Positions 28,025 to 37,951 are shown, counted from the first letter of the stretch. The stretch is 64,000 bases of DNA from a bacterium (GCA_027482685.1 JAIXVU010000008.1:68652-132651), one strand, 5' to 3'. The notes: generated by a model from the letters alone, not told the origin. Numbers and translations: made by a program.

Positions 28025-28177
28025 ATGTTGTAGTAATTAGTTATTAGTAATTGGTAATTAGAAAATACAAACTTCAAATTTCAATTCTATTCTTTTGCAG
28101 AACATTCATACCTGACAATTCTGCTATACATCTATAGTATCGTATCTTCTCGACACTTGCAAAAGAAATAGAGCGAC

Positions 28178-28203
28178 GCCTGTCAGCGTCGCTCTATTTC
28201 TTT
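28178..28203. terminator. GC-palindrome terminator, an exact inverted copy of the 10544-10569 element
   Basis: AGAGCGACGC-ctgtca-GCGTCGCTCT. Follows the helicase 3' element in minus orientation. Confidence 0.65.
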
Positions 28204-28224
28204 TGCATATTTACCAAATTCCTT

Positions 28225-28357
28225 CAGCGGTGGACGTTTCAAAAGATAAGAATTTTGGATGAGATGCGAGGCGAATAAAATTTTTGTGACTAAGGCGTAC
28301 ATCTAGTACGACGCATGGAACAAAAATTTTATTCAACGAAGCAGGTCACCAAAATTG
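28225..28357 (-). ncRNA. conserved structured 3'-trailer element, copy 2, immediately after the DEAD-box helicase stop
   Basis: Alignable to 14119-14243. Shared blocks GTTTCAAAA, GATGCGAGG, AAAATTTTTG, CGTAC..TAG..TACG, CAAAAATTT, AAGCAG. Confidence 0.45.
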
Positions 28358-29698
28358 TTATCTTTTTGGGACGAACGTAAGAGCATGGCCAAGTTTAGTC
28401 CCACGTCCTGTTCGCCCGATACGGTGAATATATGTCTCGTAGTTATTTGGAATATCGTAATTAACAACAAGAGATATATCGTTGATATCTAGTCCGCGCG
28501 CTGCAACATCAGTCGCAATCACAACTTGCACCTTACCAGAAGCGAGTGCCTTCACAGCACGCTCACGTTCACGATTATGCATATCACCATGTAGTGCGAG
28601 AGCCTTGAACCCACGTTTGGTAAGCTCATCAGTAAGTCCGTCAACATGACGCTTCATCTCACGGAAGATAAGAACCTTAGAGTATTCAGGCTTATTCAAA
28701 ATATCATGGAGAGCATCCACCTTTTCTGCATCAGTGGTTACACGTATTACATCCTGCATAACAGATGATGCGGTATCGCGTGACTTAATAGATACAGTCA
28801 CAGGGTCAACGAGGAAATCTGTACAGAGTCTCTTAATCTCTGGACTAAATGTTGCAGAGAAGAAAAGCCCTTGCTTGTCCTTTGGCATAGCACCTAAGAT
28901 TGAACGCATATCATCAATGAATCCCATGTCTAGCATACGGTCTGCTTCATCAAGTACGATACTATCGAAGAAACTCATGTTGATCTTCCTACGTTCGATA
29001 AGATCCTTCACACGTCCTGGTGTTCCGATAACGGCGTTAACGCCTAGCTCAAGCTCTTTTATCTGTCGCATGATTGGTGAACCACCAACACAAGATACAG
29101 AGAAGAGCTTCATCCCGCGTGTGAACGCTACGAACTCTGCCTCAACCTGCATAGCAAGTTCACGAGTTGGAGTAAGTACCATCATCTTGTGATCTTTATC
29201 AGCTACGAGCTTGTTGATGAGTGGAATTAAAAATGCTGCTGTCTTCCCTGTTCCGGTAGATGCAATACCTATCACATCTTTTCCTGTGAGTACTTGTGGG
29301 ATTGCTTGGTCTTGTATTGGAGATGGATTGATGAGACCTTTTGCAGTTAAGTTCGCAGAGAGTAGCTCATGAATGTTGAAATCCGTGAACTTGTGTGTTG
29401 GAGTGTAGTTGTTGGTTTCTGCGATACCAACCTCTTTGTTAATGAAAAGCTTCTCGTCGATATAGTCCTTCTTAAATGATCGCTTAGCGTTAAATGGGCG
29501 AGGTGATGAAGCGCCACGAGAAAATCCACCACGTGAACCTCCGCGTGGTGCATATCCTCCACGTGAGCCTCCGTCACGTGATGATGAACCGCGTGGTGAA
29601 TAGCCTCCTTCGCGAGGAGATGATGAGTAAGAACGAGGTGAACGTGTGCGAGAATCGGTACGTGAGTCAGAAGACCCACCAGTTGTTATGGTATACAT
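28358..29698 (-). CDS. DEAD-box ATP-dependent RNA helicase with an N-terminal RG/RS-rich disordered extension. The ORF extends to 29734.
   Basis: Q-motif through motif VI: GKDVIGIASTGTGKT, DEAD (VLDEADRML), SAT, HRIGRTGR. Confidence 0.9.
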   Translation of the reverse strand: MYTITTGGSSDSRTDSRTRSPRSYSSSPREGGYSPRGSSSRDGGSRGGYAPRGGSRGGFSRGASSPRPFNAKRSFKKDYIDEKLFINKEVGIAETNNYTPTHKFTDFNIHELLSANLTAKGLINPSPIQDQAIPQVLTGKDVIGIASTGTGKTAAFLIPLINKLVADKDHKMMVLTPTRELAMQVEAEFVAFTRGMKLFSVSCVGGSPIMRQIKELELGVNAVIGTPGRVKDLIERRKINMSFFDSIVLDEADRMLDMGFIDDMRSILGAMPKDKQGLFFSATFSPEIKRLCTDFLVDPVTVSIKSRDTASSVMQDVIRVTTDAEKVDALHDILNKPEYSKVLIFREMKRHVDGLTDELTKRGFKALALHGDMHNRERERAVKALASGKVQVVIATDVAARGLDINDISLVVNYDIPNNYETYIHRIGRTGRGTKLGHALTFVPKR

Positions 29699-29928
29699 AT
29701 GTATTTGTAGGCAAGAACACGCGAAATAACGCAATGATTCTTATTTAGTTAATTTCATTATTTGCGCTTACCTTCAGTAAAAAGAGAAGGGTTGTATGGT
29801 TAACCACAACGCGTCAAATCAGAAAAACCTTTTGCCTGACTACACAGTGATATCCATAAAGGAAATAATACAACTATTATAGCAAACTATAGACTTTTTG
29901 TCAAACAAACTTTAATTACCATAGTGGC

Positions 29929-30114
29929 ACGATACGTAAAATATTTTGTATTAAAATTTTTAAGTTTTTTCTATTACCCTCCACCCTTTCAAAGCACAGT
30001 ACTTTTTTGCTAAAAAGTACCTCTGTTCCGCGCCGTCGCGCTTCCACGCGGCTTTGAAATGGTGGAGTTGGTTTGGTTACTACAAATGAAAAAGCCCACC
30101 GAGGTGGCTTTTGA
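29929..30114 (-). ncRNA. conserved ~185-nt structured element, copy 2, upstream of the DEAD-box helicase
   Basis: See copy 1. Includes terminator palindrome AAAAGCCCACC-gag-GTGGGCTTTT. Confidence 0.5.
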
Positions 30115-30145
30115 TAATGAGTTATCAGCTCAGTCGTAAAAGAGC

Positions 30146-30892
30146 TTATTTTGTAAGGATTATAGTGCAGTCATGTCCGTAGGGATCTTTGAGGAATGAG
30201 TAATTTGTCCAGCCATTTTGGAGGGCGAGGTGTTCGATAGTTTCGCGTTGGGTGATGTCGAATTCAAGGTAGAGAGTACCGCTAGACTTTAAAAATTCTT
30301 TTGCGCGACTAAGGACCTGTTTATGGTAATAGTAACCGTCTTCTTTATCGAAAAATGAGAGTGGATCTTCGGCTCCTAATTCCTTCATTACCTCATCCTG
30401 CATCTGTGGTGGTACATATGGTGGAACTGCAAAGATATAATCATACGTACCAGAAGCACCTGTCCATGTGTCCCCTGTTACGACTCGTGTGCGGGTTTTC
30501 TTGATATTATTTTTGGTGATTGAAATATTGATCTGCTTGGCAAGCTTCGGGTCAAACTCTATCATGTCGACTGTAGACTCTGGGATATTTTTAAGTATCG
30601 CAAGCCCGATGTTACCAGACCCTGAGAATAGGTCTAATACTCTTGTCGTAAACGCAGGTGGTGAGTTATGAATGTGTTCTAGTGCCTGCGCTACCCAGTG
30701 AGCGGTCTCAGGACGTGGGATCATAGGACGAAGTGACAGGTCGATTTTTGCACCGCAAAAATCGACTGTACCCATCAGATATTCAAAAGCCTCCCCTTCT
30801 GACATGGCCTTCACATCATTAAGAAACTCCACAGTCTCTATGCCTTTATACTTTTCTAGTCGTAATCGTGCGACTTTATCTTCGAACTTCAT
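30146..30892 (-). CDS. prmC: release-factor glutamine N5-methyltransferase PrmC/HemK-like; the catalytic NPPY is replaced by VPPY
   Basis: EYLMGTVDFCGAKIDLSLRPMIPRPETAHWV. SAM motif LDLFSGSGNIGLA. FAVPPYVP. Confidence 0.75.
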   Translation of the reverse strand: MKFEDKVARLRLEKYKGIETVEFLNDVKAMSEGEAFEYLMGTVDFCGAKIDLSLRPMIPRPETAHWVAQALEHIHNSPPAFTTRVLDLFSGSGNIGLAILKNIPESTVDMIEFDPKLAKQINISITKNNIKKTRTRVVTGDTWTGASGTYDYIFAVPPYVPPQMQDEVMKELGAEDPLSFFDKEDGYYYHKQVLSRAKEFLKSSGTLYLEFDITQRETIEHLALQNGWTNYSFLKDPYGHDCTIILTK

Positions 30893-30894
30893 AT

Positions 30895-31653
30895 CTACGA
30901 TACTACCACATATCTATCACGATAAGAGATAAACACCTCCGTTTCAAGACTTGCCTCACATTGCACACTGTGTTCTCCGGAGATTTTCCATGTAGCAACT
31001 AGGTCAGCAACATAGACAGCGGGATTAATAAACATCCCAGCCCACCCCAACCGCGCAGAGACATCAATAAACATTGTATGAACTAACGGATAGTGTGTGC
31101 ATGCGTAGAGGATATGTGTTGCATGCATTTCTTTTGCATATAGTATTGCCTTTTCTATACTTTTCATAATTGCAATCGTATCACCTTTTTCTATCTCACC
31201 AGCAAGAGTGGTTAGTGTATATGTTCTATGAGGAATAATTTTCTCACTTAGTATGGATTGATACACACGAGATGAAATTGTAGCTTCTGTTCCGATAATC
31301 AGTACATTTGCCCCGTCAAGTAATCCAATAGCTCGAACACCATCTATCATATCAATATATGTATCCCGTGTAATACCAATCTCTTCGAGAAGTTCTTCAG
31401 TTGTAGTAACAGACATACTATTACACGCACTTACGAAATGTGTTACACCTTGTGATTTGAGGTATACAAGAATGTTTTTTATGTATACAGTTATTTCTTC
31501 TTTAGACTTGTTGCCATATGGTGCATTCGCGCAATCACCGTAGTATAGAATATTTGCAGGTGTTACTTTCTGTAGTTCTTGAAGCACCGAAAATCCCCCT
31601 ACACCAGAATCAAACACTCCAAGAAGTGGTTCACCTTTCATTGTATTAGCCAC
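30895..31653 (-). CDS. murI: glutamate racemase
   Basis: GVFDSGVGGFSVL. YYGDCANAPYG. VSACNSMS. ACTHYPL. Confidence 0.85.
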   Translation of the reverse strand: MANTMKGEPLLGVFDSGVGGFSVLQELQKVTPANILYYGDCANAPYGNKSKEEITVYIKNILVYLKSQGVTHFVSACNSMSVTTTEELLEEIGITRDTYIDMIDGVRAIGLLDGANVLIIGTEATISSRVYQSILSEKIIPHRTYTLTTLAGEIEKGDTIAIMKSIEKAILYAKEMHATHILYACTHYPLVHTMFIDVSARLGWAGMFINPAVYVADLVATWKISGEHSVQCEASLETEVFISYRDRYVVVS

Positions 31654-32548
31654 GTATCCTCTGAACTACGCGCGCGGTTGAATGCTCACACTTCTCACTA
31701 CAAAACCCAGGACCCTCAGCTGACATACATGACGGACAAATGAGAAAGAGCATGTTACATTCGGCATTTGCACAATTCTGATACTTCTCCGTCTTGTCAT
31801 CACAACGTTTACATCTACCGATTATCTCGCGCTCACCGCCAAAGTCCATAACGAGCCGTTCATCGAAGGTATAGAGAGTACCGAGGAAATCCTTCCCAGG
31901 ATATTTCTCCATATAACTATGCATACCTCCATCTAGCTGATGGACATCTTTGAAACCTTTCTCAAGAAGCAGCGCTGACATTTTTTCACACCTAACACCC
32001 CCAGTACATACTGTAAGTACGGTCTTATCTTTAATATCAGGAATTTGTTTTTCTATCACATCTAATTTTTCTGGAAGCTCTCGAGACGCGGTCATGCCGG
32101 GGTCAATTGAGTTCTTGAAGTGTCCCGACTCATACTCGTATGAGTTGCGCATATCTATCACAACAAAATCTTTCTGTGACTCGTACCATGTACGAAGTTC
32201 ATCAGGCGATAGATGTGGGGCAGTTTTTGTACGAGGGTCAATACTTTTAGGAAACTTGGTTGCAACTATCTCATCACGAACTTTAACCGATAGCTTTGGG
32301 AATGATACTCCAGTTCCTGCGCTACGCTTTATCTGCATATCGGAAAAACGAGTGTCAGTTAGAAACTCTTTTAAGAAACTCTCAGTATCATCATGCAATC
32401 CTTCAAGTGTAGAGTTAATACCCTCCTCTGCAATGATGATACGACCTTTGAGGTTATACTTTTCACACAACATTCTATATGTACGCTTGAGCTCTTCAGG
32501 ATTGTCAATTGTGATATATTTATAAAACAAAAGCACTTGATATGTCAT
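31646..32548 (-). CDS. trhO: rhodanese-domain protein of the YceA/TrhO (UPF0176) family with a Cys-rich C-terminal tail
   Basis: VLLFYKYITIDNPEEL...EEGINSTLEG. Rhodanese CTGGVRCEK. C-terminal CKRCD...CANAECN...CPSC. Confidence 0.7.
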   Translation of the reverse strand: MTYQVLLFYKYITIDNPEELKRTYRMLCEKYNLKGRIIIAEEGINSTLEGLHDDTESFLKEFLTDTRFSDMQIKRSAGTGVSFPKLSVKVRDEIVATKFPKSIDPRTKTAPHLSPDELRTWYESQKDFVVIDMRNSYEYESGHFKNSIDPGMTASRELPEKLDVIEKQIPDIKDKTVLTVCTGGVRCEKMSALLLEKGFKDVHQLDGGMHSYMEKYPGKDFLGTLYTFDERLVMDFGGEREIIGRCKRCDDKTEKYQNCANAECNMLFLICPSCMSAEGPGFCSEKCEHSTARVVQRIRG

Positions 32549-32644
32549 AAAAAATATTCTAACAGAAAGAGTGCTGATAGCAAAACAAAAACTAATTGTA
32601 AGCATAATAGAGGTTTTGTAGACAAAGTGTTTTTTTGTAGTAGT

Positions 32645-33091
32645 ATGAAGACCACTATCGACCTGTGTACCGATCGATATCGTGCCTTACGTGGCAACCT
32701 GTTCATTGAGAAAACCGGAGAATCGCACATGACAAATGCTATGACAGAATCCGATATCTCACCGTTTCTAAACTACGAAGATGCTGTTGCCGTTGCAATA
32801 GCAACACTAAGCTCATCTGTTGCTCTTTCCTGTGACAGGAATACGGTAAAGCTCACAGTGTTCGAAGCATACGTGCCAGCTAACAAAAAACTAGATACCG
32901 GCACCAACTGGGCAAAGGCTATCATTGTTTTCACAAGTGCCACAGCAGGCATTCATCGTGTCGCTGTAGTTTCGCATGCAGTTGACGGTGGCTGGAGCAA
33001 ATGGGAGCATGTTCTGCTTAAGTACAGTCCCTTCTTCCGCGCGCAGGAGGGCGTGATAACACCCACGCCAAAAAGACTGCTTGCTGCCTAG
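32645..33091 (+). CDS. hypothetical protein (148 aa, start MKTTIDL) with elevated GC
   Basis: An ORF followed by terminator hairpin AGAGTGGTA...TACCACTCT + T-run at 33117-33160. The longer annotated ORF from 32393 overlaps trhO and is unlikely. Confidence 0.35.
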   Translation: MKTTIDLCTDRYRALRGNLFIEKTGESHMTNAMTESDISPFLNYEDAVAVAIATLSSSVALSCDRNTVKLTVFEAYVPANKKLDTGTNWAKAIIVFTSATAGIHRVAVVSHAVDGGWSKWEHVLLKYSPFFRAQEGVITPTPKRLLAA

Positions 33092-33116
33092 TGATACAAG
33101 TGAGACGCCCTGATAC

Positions 33117-33160
33117 AAGAGTGGTAGCCGTTAAGGTTACCACTCTTTCTGTTTATTTTT
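33117..33160. terminator. bidirectional terminator hairpin
   Basis: AGAGTGGTAGCC-gttaag-GTTACCACTCT followed by TTCTGTTTATTTTTTATT. Confidence 0.6.
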
Positions 33161-34706
33161 TATTATCAAGCGCTTTAATCAAGTCTCCCTTTGTGCCATC
33201 TACTTTCTTACGTGGATTGAGGATCTTTTCCGGATCGAAGAGATGTTTTATTGTTTCAAAAACACCATATAACTCTTCACCATAAAAATCTTTAACAAAT
33301 GGTGTACGGATAATCCCGTCACTATGATCTGCACACATATTTCCACCTAACTTTTTAATAAGAGTAAAAACATCATGGGTAAGAGCAATAATCTTCTCTC
33401 CAACATTAGCATCATTAAAATCAAATAGTGGAATAATGCGAAGCGATCCGTCCCCAATATGCCCGTGATACGCATACTTGATACCATGACCTTCAAGTAT
33501 CGGAATAAGTTCTTGTACGAATGTCTCAAACTGATCAAGTGGAAGTATGACGTCTTCAATGCACGGCACTGCTCGTATGCCATCTTTATTATGATCTCTA
33601 ACAAGAGTGAAGGAGTTACGACGTATCTGCCAGAGATTCTCACGAGTTGTAGTATCAGTAACATGAGTTGCGCGGACATTATGTTCGTGTAATAAACGGA
33701 GACAATCCTCAAGTACAACAGATGTCTTATCATCATTTTCTTCACTAAACTGAGCAAGCACCATGGCTTTCGTTGATGATGTGATAAATGGCTCAACAGT
33801 ATCAGCAATTTCTTTTAAGTGAATACGAGCCTGCTCAAAGGTATGAATGTCAAATGTCTCTACACATTCTGGATTATGCTCTTTTACTTTAGTAAGAATA
33901 AAAGGAAGATCGTGAAGTGAGTCAATAGTAATTGCGATAAGTTCTGTATGCTGTGGAATAGGTACGAGACGAAGTTTTGCAGAAACGATTATCCCAAGTG
34001 TTCCCTGTGCTCCGACAAAGAGTGGAGTCATGTCGAAGATTTCATCATGAATAACTTTATCTAATCGATACCCTGATGCGACTTTTGTAACACGACCCAT
34101 TCTTTCTTTAAGATGTGCGCCGTACTTGGTATGTAGCGCTGCGACTTCTTGTTCTTGTGCTGTTGTGAGAGCTTTGAGTGACTTTGGTTCTGTTATTATT
34201 ACACTCCCATCAGCAAGGACTACTGTAACAGAAAGTACGTTATTGATAGTTGCTCCGAAACGTACACTTTTCTCACCTGATGCGTTGTTACCTATCATCC
34301 CTCCTATTCCACACATTTTGCGAGATGATGGATATGGTGCAAACATGATACCAAGCGGCTCGGTCAATGCCTCAATATCACGAAAATACGCCCCCATCTC
34401 TACCGTTGCTGTCATTGTATCTTTATCGACATGGATTGCATTCATATAACGTGTCATGTTAAGCATGTACCCGTCATTAAGAGATCCAGCTGACATGCAT
34501 GTTCCACCAGCACGCACTGAAAGATTGATATTAGGATTAGTTTTTTTCTCTTCTGCTACATGCTTCACAACTGCGATAACATCATTAATGTTCTTCGGGT
34601 AGACAATTGTGCTAGGCATCACCATAAACGCACTTGCATCTCGTGCATGTGCTAGTCGCGCCTCATCTGTTGTATCGATATCACCGGTGAAATTTTGTAT
34701 TGTCAT
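33153..34706 (-). CDS. FAD-linked oxidase (GlcD/D-lactate dehydrogenase-like, PCMH-type FAD-binding domain)
   Basis: VVKHVAEEKK...NLSVRAGGTCMSAGS in the FAD-binding domain. C-terminal oxidase domain. 517 aa. Confidence 0.8.
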   Translation of the reverse strand: MTIQNFTGDIDTTDEARLAHARDASAFMVMPSTIVYPKNINDVIAVVKHVAEEKKTNPNINLSVRAGGTCMSAGSLNDGYMLNMTRYMNAIHVDKDTMTATVEMGAYFRDIEALTEPLGIMFAPYPSSRKMCGIGGMIGNNASGEKSVRFGATINNVLSVTVVLADGSVIITEPKSLKALTTAQEQEVAALHTKYGAHLKERMGRVTKVASGYRLDKVIHDEIFDMTPLFVGAQGTLGIIVSAKLRLVPIPQHTELIAITIDSLHDLPFILTKVKEHNPECVETFDIHTFEQARIHLKEIADTVEPFITSSTKAMVLAQFSEENDDKTSVVLEDCLRLLHEHNVRATHVTDTTTRENLWQIRRNSFTLVRDHNKDGIRAVPCIEDVILPLDQFETFVQELIPILEGHGIKYAYHGHIGDGSLRIIPLFDFNDANVGEKIIALTHDVFTLIKKLGGNMCADHSDGIIRTPFVKDFYGEELYGVFETIKHLFDPEKILNPRKKVDGTKGDLIKALDNKK

Positions 34707-34972
34707 AATACTTATGAGTATACATTGAAATATGGAATAGGTGTGTGGAAGGAGAATTTTATACCTAATATTATAAGTTTCGTTCTAACACTGTGACCCT
34801 TCAAATCTCAACGTAACTCAATATAGGCTGGTTAATTCAACCCTACAAAATATTAAATCCCGAAACTTTATGTTTCGCGATTTAATATTTTGCACACACT
34901 GATGGATGAAGTAAGAACTAGAATTATGAATTGAAATTAAAAACTTTTAACTCCATTCAACTTATTAAATAA

Positions 34973-35896
34973 CTATACAATTTTAATTACAACACTACCC
35001 TTTTTACGACCTGTATCGACATATATATTAGCCTCTACAATTTCCTCCAACTTAAATGTCCTGTCAATAGTAGCCTTTAATTTACCGTCATCGAACATAC
35101 TAGCAAGCTCTTCCAAATTTAATGACATCTCTTTTGCTACATCAAAACCATTAACAGTTATATATTGACCATTAACTGCTATAAGGTGCTTAACTTTAGC
35201 TTTTGAAATTTTACCAACTGCATCAAAAACTATATCAAATTTTCCTTCAATCTCGCTAAGGTCTGTAACTTGGTAATCATAGACTTTGTCAGCTCCAAGA
35301 GTTTTCGTTAAGTCTAATCCATCTTTACTGCACACAGCAGTAACACTGCAGCCCAAGTATTTTGCAACTTGTACAGCCACTGACCCAACAGCACCAGTCG
35401 ATCCGTAGATTAATACTTCCTTATTTTTACTGGCACCTGCTTTACGTAAAAAGTATAATGCGGTGCTGCCCACGAAAGGTAACGCACTAGCTTCTTCAAA
35501 ACTAGCTAGCTTAGGCTTTAGCGCAATTGCTTCTCTAATAGGCAGAGCACAATACTCACCATAAGCTCCAAAATTAAATCCTGTCATTGCAAACACTTCG
35601 TCACCAATTTTAAACTTATCTACACCTTCACCAAGCTCTACTATTTCGCCTGCTAATACGACACCAGGCACACGTCTTGGTTTTACTATACCTAGTAAAA
35701 AACGTATAACAATTTTTGCAATGAAACCTTTAAGTCCTGGACCTGCATCCAATGATCTCATTCTTACATCTGCCGAATTCACAGAAGCTGCTTTAACTTT
35801 AATTAAAACCTCCCCCTTCCTAGGTTCTGGCTTCTCAATATCTTGAATACTTAAGACATCAGGCCCTCCATAGCCACTTGCAATCACTGCTTTCAT
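34973..35896 (-). CDS. NADPH:quinone oxidoreductase / zinc-type alcohol dehydrogenase superfamily (MDR) protein. Start taken as MKAVIAS.
   Basis: MKAVIASGYGGPDVLSIQDIEKPEPRKGEVLIKVKAASVN. Rossmann motif GSTGAVGSVAVQVAK. Confidence 0.8.
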   Translation of the reverse strand: MKAVIASGYGGPDVLSIQDIEKPEPRKGEVLIKVKAASVNSADVRMRSLDAGPGLKGFIAKIVIRFLLGIVKPRRVPGVVLAGEIVELGEGVDKFKIGDEVFAMTGFNFGAYGEYCALPIREAIALKPKLASFEEASALPFVGSTALYFLRKAGASKNKEVLIYGSTGAVGSVAVQVAKYLGCSVTAVCSKDGLDLTKTLGADKVYDYQVTDLSEIEGKFDIVFDAVGKISKAKVKHLIAVNGQYITVNGFDVAKEMSLNLEELASMFDDGKLKATIDRTFKLEEIVEANIYVDTGRKKGSVVIKIV

Positions 35897-36007
35897 ATTT
35901 TTATTTAATATTTTTTTATAGTAAGGAATTTTACTTTTACAGTATACCTTTTCTGTGTCCATTGCACTCGTAACAAAAGAATCATATTTCTATTACCATT
36001 TTTCTAG

Positions 36008-36035
36008 ATGCGGTCGATGGGATTTGGTCACAAAT
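36008..36035 (-). repeat. partial copy of the tRNA-Asp 3' end (CGATGGGATTTG + GTCACAAA), repeat 1
   Basis: GCGGTCGATGGGATTTGgtcacaaa matches the T-arm/acceptor 3' half of the tRNA at 36282-36355. Confidence 0.6.
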
Positions 36036-36117
36036 TTATCTTACTTTTATATTCATGGGTTTAGCTATAAGTTTCGTTTCGTCGCCACTCAACGAACTCG
36101 CAGTCCATCGCTTGCGA

Positions 36118-36143
36118 TTCTCGATGGGATTTGGTCACAAAAC
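36118..36143 (-). repeat. partial copy of the tRNA-Asp 3' end, repeat 2
   Basis: CTCGATGGGATTTGGTCACAAAA, the same junction as repeat 1. Confidence 0.6.
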
Positions 36144-36281
36144 TTCTCCTCGCAAGCTCGTCGATAAAGTTTCGCGACCCCTATTCAAATCCCAACGCCC
36201 ATGACGCAGGTCATGGACTTCTATCTCGTCACGAAAAGTAAAAAGTACCGATTTATTAAAATCGATACTTTTTACTTTTTG

Positions 36282-36355
36282 CGCGGTCGATGGGATTTGA
36301 ACCCACGACCCCTGCCGTGACAGGGCAGTGCTCTAACCAGCTGAGCTACGACCGC
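36282..36355 (-). tRNA. tRNA-Asp(GTC)
   Basis: Reverse complement GCGGTCGTAGCTCAGCTGGTTAGAGCACTGCCCTGTCACGGCAGGGGTCGTGGGTTCAAATCCCATCGACCGCG. Anticodon loop CTGTCAC. Confidence 0.85.
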
Positions 36356-36526
36356 ATCTTTTATTTTTTACTTGCAAATCTTCTAAAACATTTGCAGTTA
36401 CAACATTCTACCATATTTATAGGAACATTCAAGACAACTTTCAAGACAACTTTACTGTGATACACTAATCAAATTATCTTTATACCCCAACTAGTTACTA
36501 ACAACTAATTACTAATAACTATCCCT

Positions 36527-37756
36527 ATGGCTTCATTTTCTCCTAAAAAATACTTCAAAAAAATTGGCACACCCTCACTTATCACTAAGTACTATAATAC
36601 ACATGGACTAGAGGTGCTATTCCCAATTTCCGAAGGAACGCCAAGAAAACAAATTATAGACATGCTCATCGAAAGTCATAAGAACTTATCACCAGAAAAA
36701 AAGATTCTTATTTCACAAGAGCTTGCCGTACTTGACACAGTGTCAAATAAACAAACTGTACTCTTATTACCAAGTATTTTCAAGGAGCACAGGGTTGCAA
36801 GAAATGAAGAGATTGAATGCCAAACAGATGCTGACAAAATATTACACATATACATCTACCATGATGATATTTTTAAAGAAATACTTTTCTTAAACGATTT
36901 TTACAAAAATCGTTCATATATGATCTATGAAGCGCCAGAGATTGATATCAAAGCAGCAGAGTATAATCTCACTGAGCTTTCAAAAGAGCTAACGCGAATA
37001 TTAAACACTGAGGAACGGGTAACTGATTGTGATGTAACAGGAAAGATACTCAATAACATTCTCTATGTAAGTGCTGTATTTGATGGTCTGCCTGAGATTA
37101 TACCAATACGAAATAATGAAACTGGAGAATTAGATAGAAGTAATACTCGTAGAAAAGTAGAGCAGATACGTTTCGTATACCTGCCTCAAGACAAAGAAGT
37201 ACTACTAGCATACAAAGGAAACAAAGAAGAGAAAAATATTCTTCTTGATACTTTCCTTAGGATAGTATGTAAAGGTAATGGTTTTGAAGATAAGATTGAA
37301 TCATTTGATTTAGAAAAAATTAAAAACAAAAACTTTGACTTTTTAACTAATAAGAAAAACATTCCTTTGCTTACATGGAAAATAAAAGCGCTTACGCTTA
37401 GCTTTGGTGGAGATGAGAAGTTTAAGAAAAAGCTACGCATCACTCTACCTAGTTCTGTCCATTCTCACGGACTAACACCATTATATGAAGCACTTGAGGA
37501 AATAAAGCTTTCTTCCGACCTTGAATCTTTTGAAATAGAAAATGTTTCTTTTATGTTTTCATTTACTGATAAAACGACACCAGACGCTACTATCAGTACA
37601 GCGTGTACCGTATCACTTCTAAAGTCCTCTCTATGTCCCCTCTTTGAGTATGAACGCCTCGCAAGATCACTCCTTAAGCAGTCAGGGATTGACGAAGGAT
37701 TTGTAGAACAAGCAGTAAAAGAAAAAGATGAAGTGACGAAGAAGTGGGAAATATAG
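36527..37756 (+). CDS. hypothetical protein (409 aa), no recognisable domain; an isolated plus-strand gene between tRNA-Asp and tRNA-Met
   Basis: A long ORF, AT-rich. Upstream motif AACTAATTACTAATAACTA shared with two other genes. Confidence 0.55.
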   Translation: MASFSPKKYFKKIGTPSLITKYYNTHGLEVLFPISEGTPRKQIIDMLIESHKNLSPEKKILISQELAVLDTVSNKQTVLLLPSIFKEHRVARNEEIECQTDADKILHIYIYHDDIFKEILFLNDFYKNRSYMIYEAPEIDIKAAEYNLTELSKELTRILNTEERVTDCDVTGKILNNILYVSAVFDGLPEIIPIRNNETGELDRSNTRRKVEQIRFVYLPQDKEVLLAYKGNKEEKNILLDTFLRIVCKGNGFEDKIESFDLEKIKNKNFDFLTNKKNIPLLTWKIKALTLSFGGDEKFKKKLRITLPSSVHSHGLTPLYEALEEIKLSSDLESFEIENVSFMFSFTDKTTPDATISTACTVSLLKSSLCPLFEYERLARSLLKQSGIDEGFVEQAVKEKDEVTKKWEI

Positions 37757-37893
37757 CGAGGGGTGGGAATGCCTGCAAGTTCCATGTCATCGACGCTCTA
37801 TGGACTTGCAGGCTGTTGCTCGCAATTCAGGCCTCTACCCTCACAACGCTCCGCCGGTTGTTCCTACCACAAAAGTAAACACTGACTTTCTCA

Positions 37894-37951
37894 CCGACAC
37901 AAAATACAAAAAGTTAAGTCAGATGACTTAACTTTTTGTATTTTGTGTCGG
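37894..37951. repeat. 27-bp perfect inverted repeat with a 4-nt loop, whose right arm overlaps the 3' acceptor end of the minus-strand tRNA-Met
   Basis: CCGACACAAAATACAAAAAGTTAAGTC-agat-GACTTAACTTTTTGTATTTTGTGTCGG. Confidence 0.8.

Noticed and set aside
32393-33091. 232-aa plus-strand ORF overlapping the 5' end of trhO
   Set aside because: The N-terminal 84 codons overlap the well-supported minus-strand trhO and have no RBS. Trimmed to an internal start at 32645; even that call is low confidence.
35955-36167. 70-aa ORF across the tRNA-Asp repeat scars
   Set aside because: It covers the repeated tRNA fragments, has no RBS, and has low-complexity translation.
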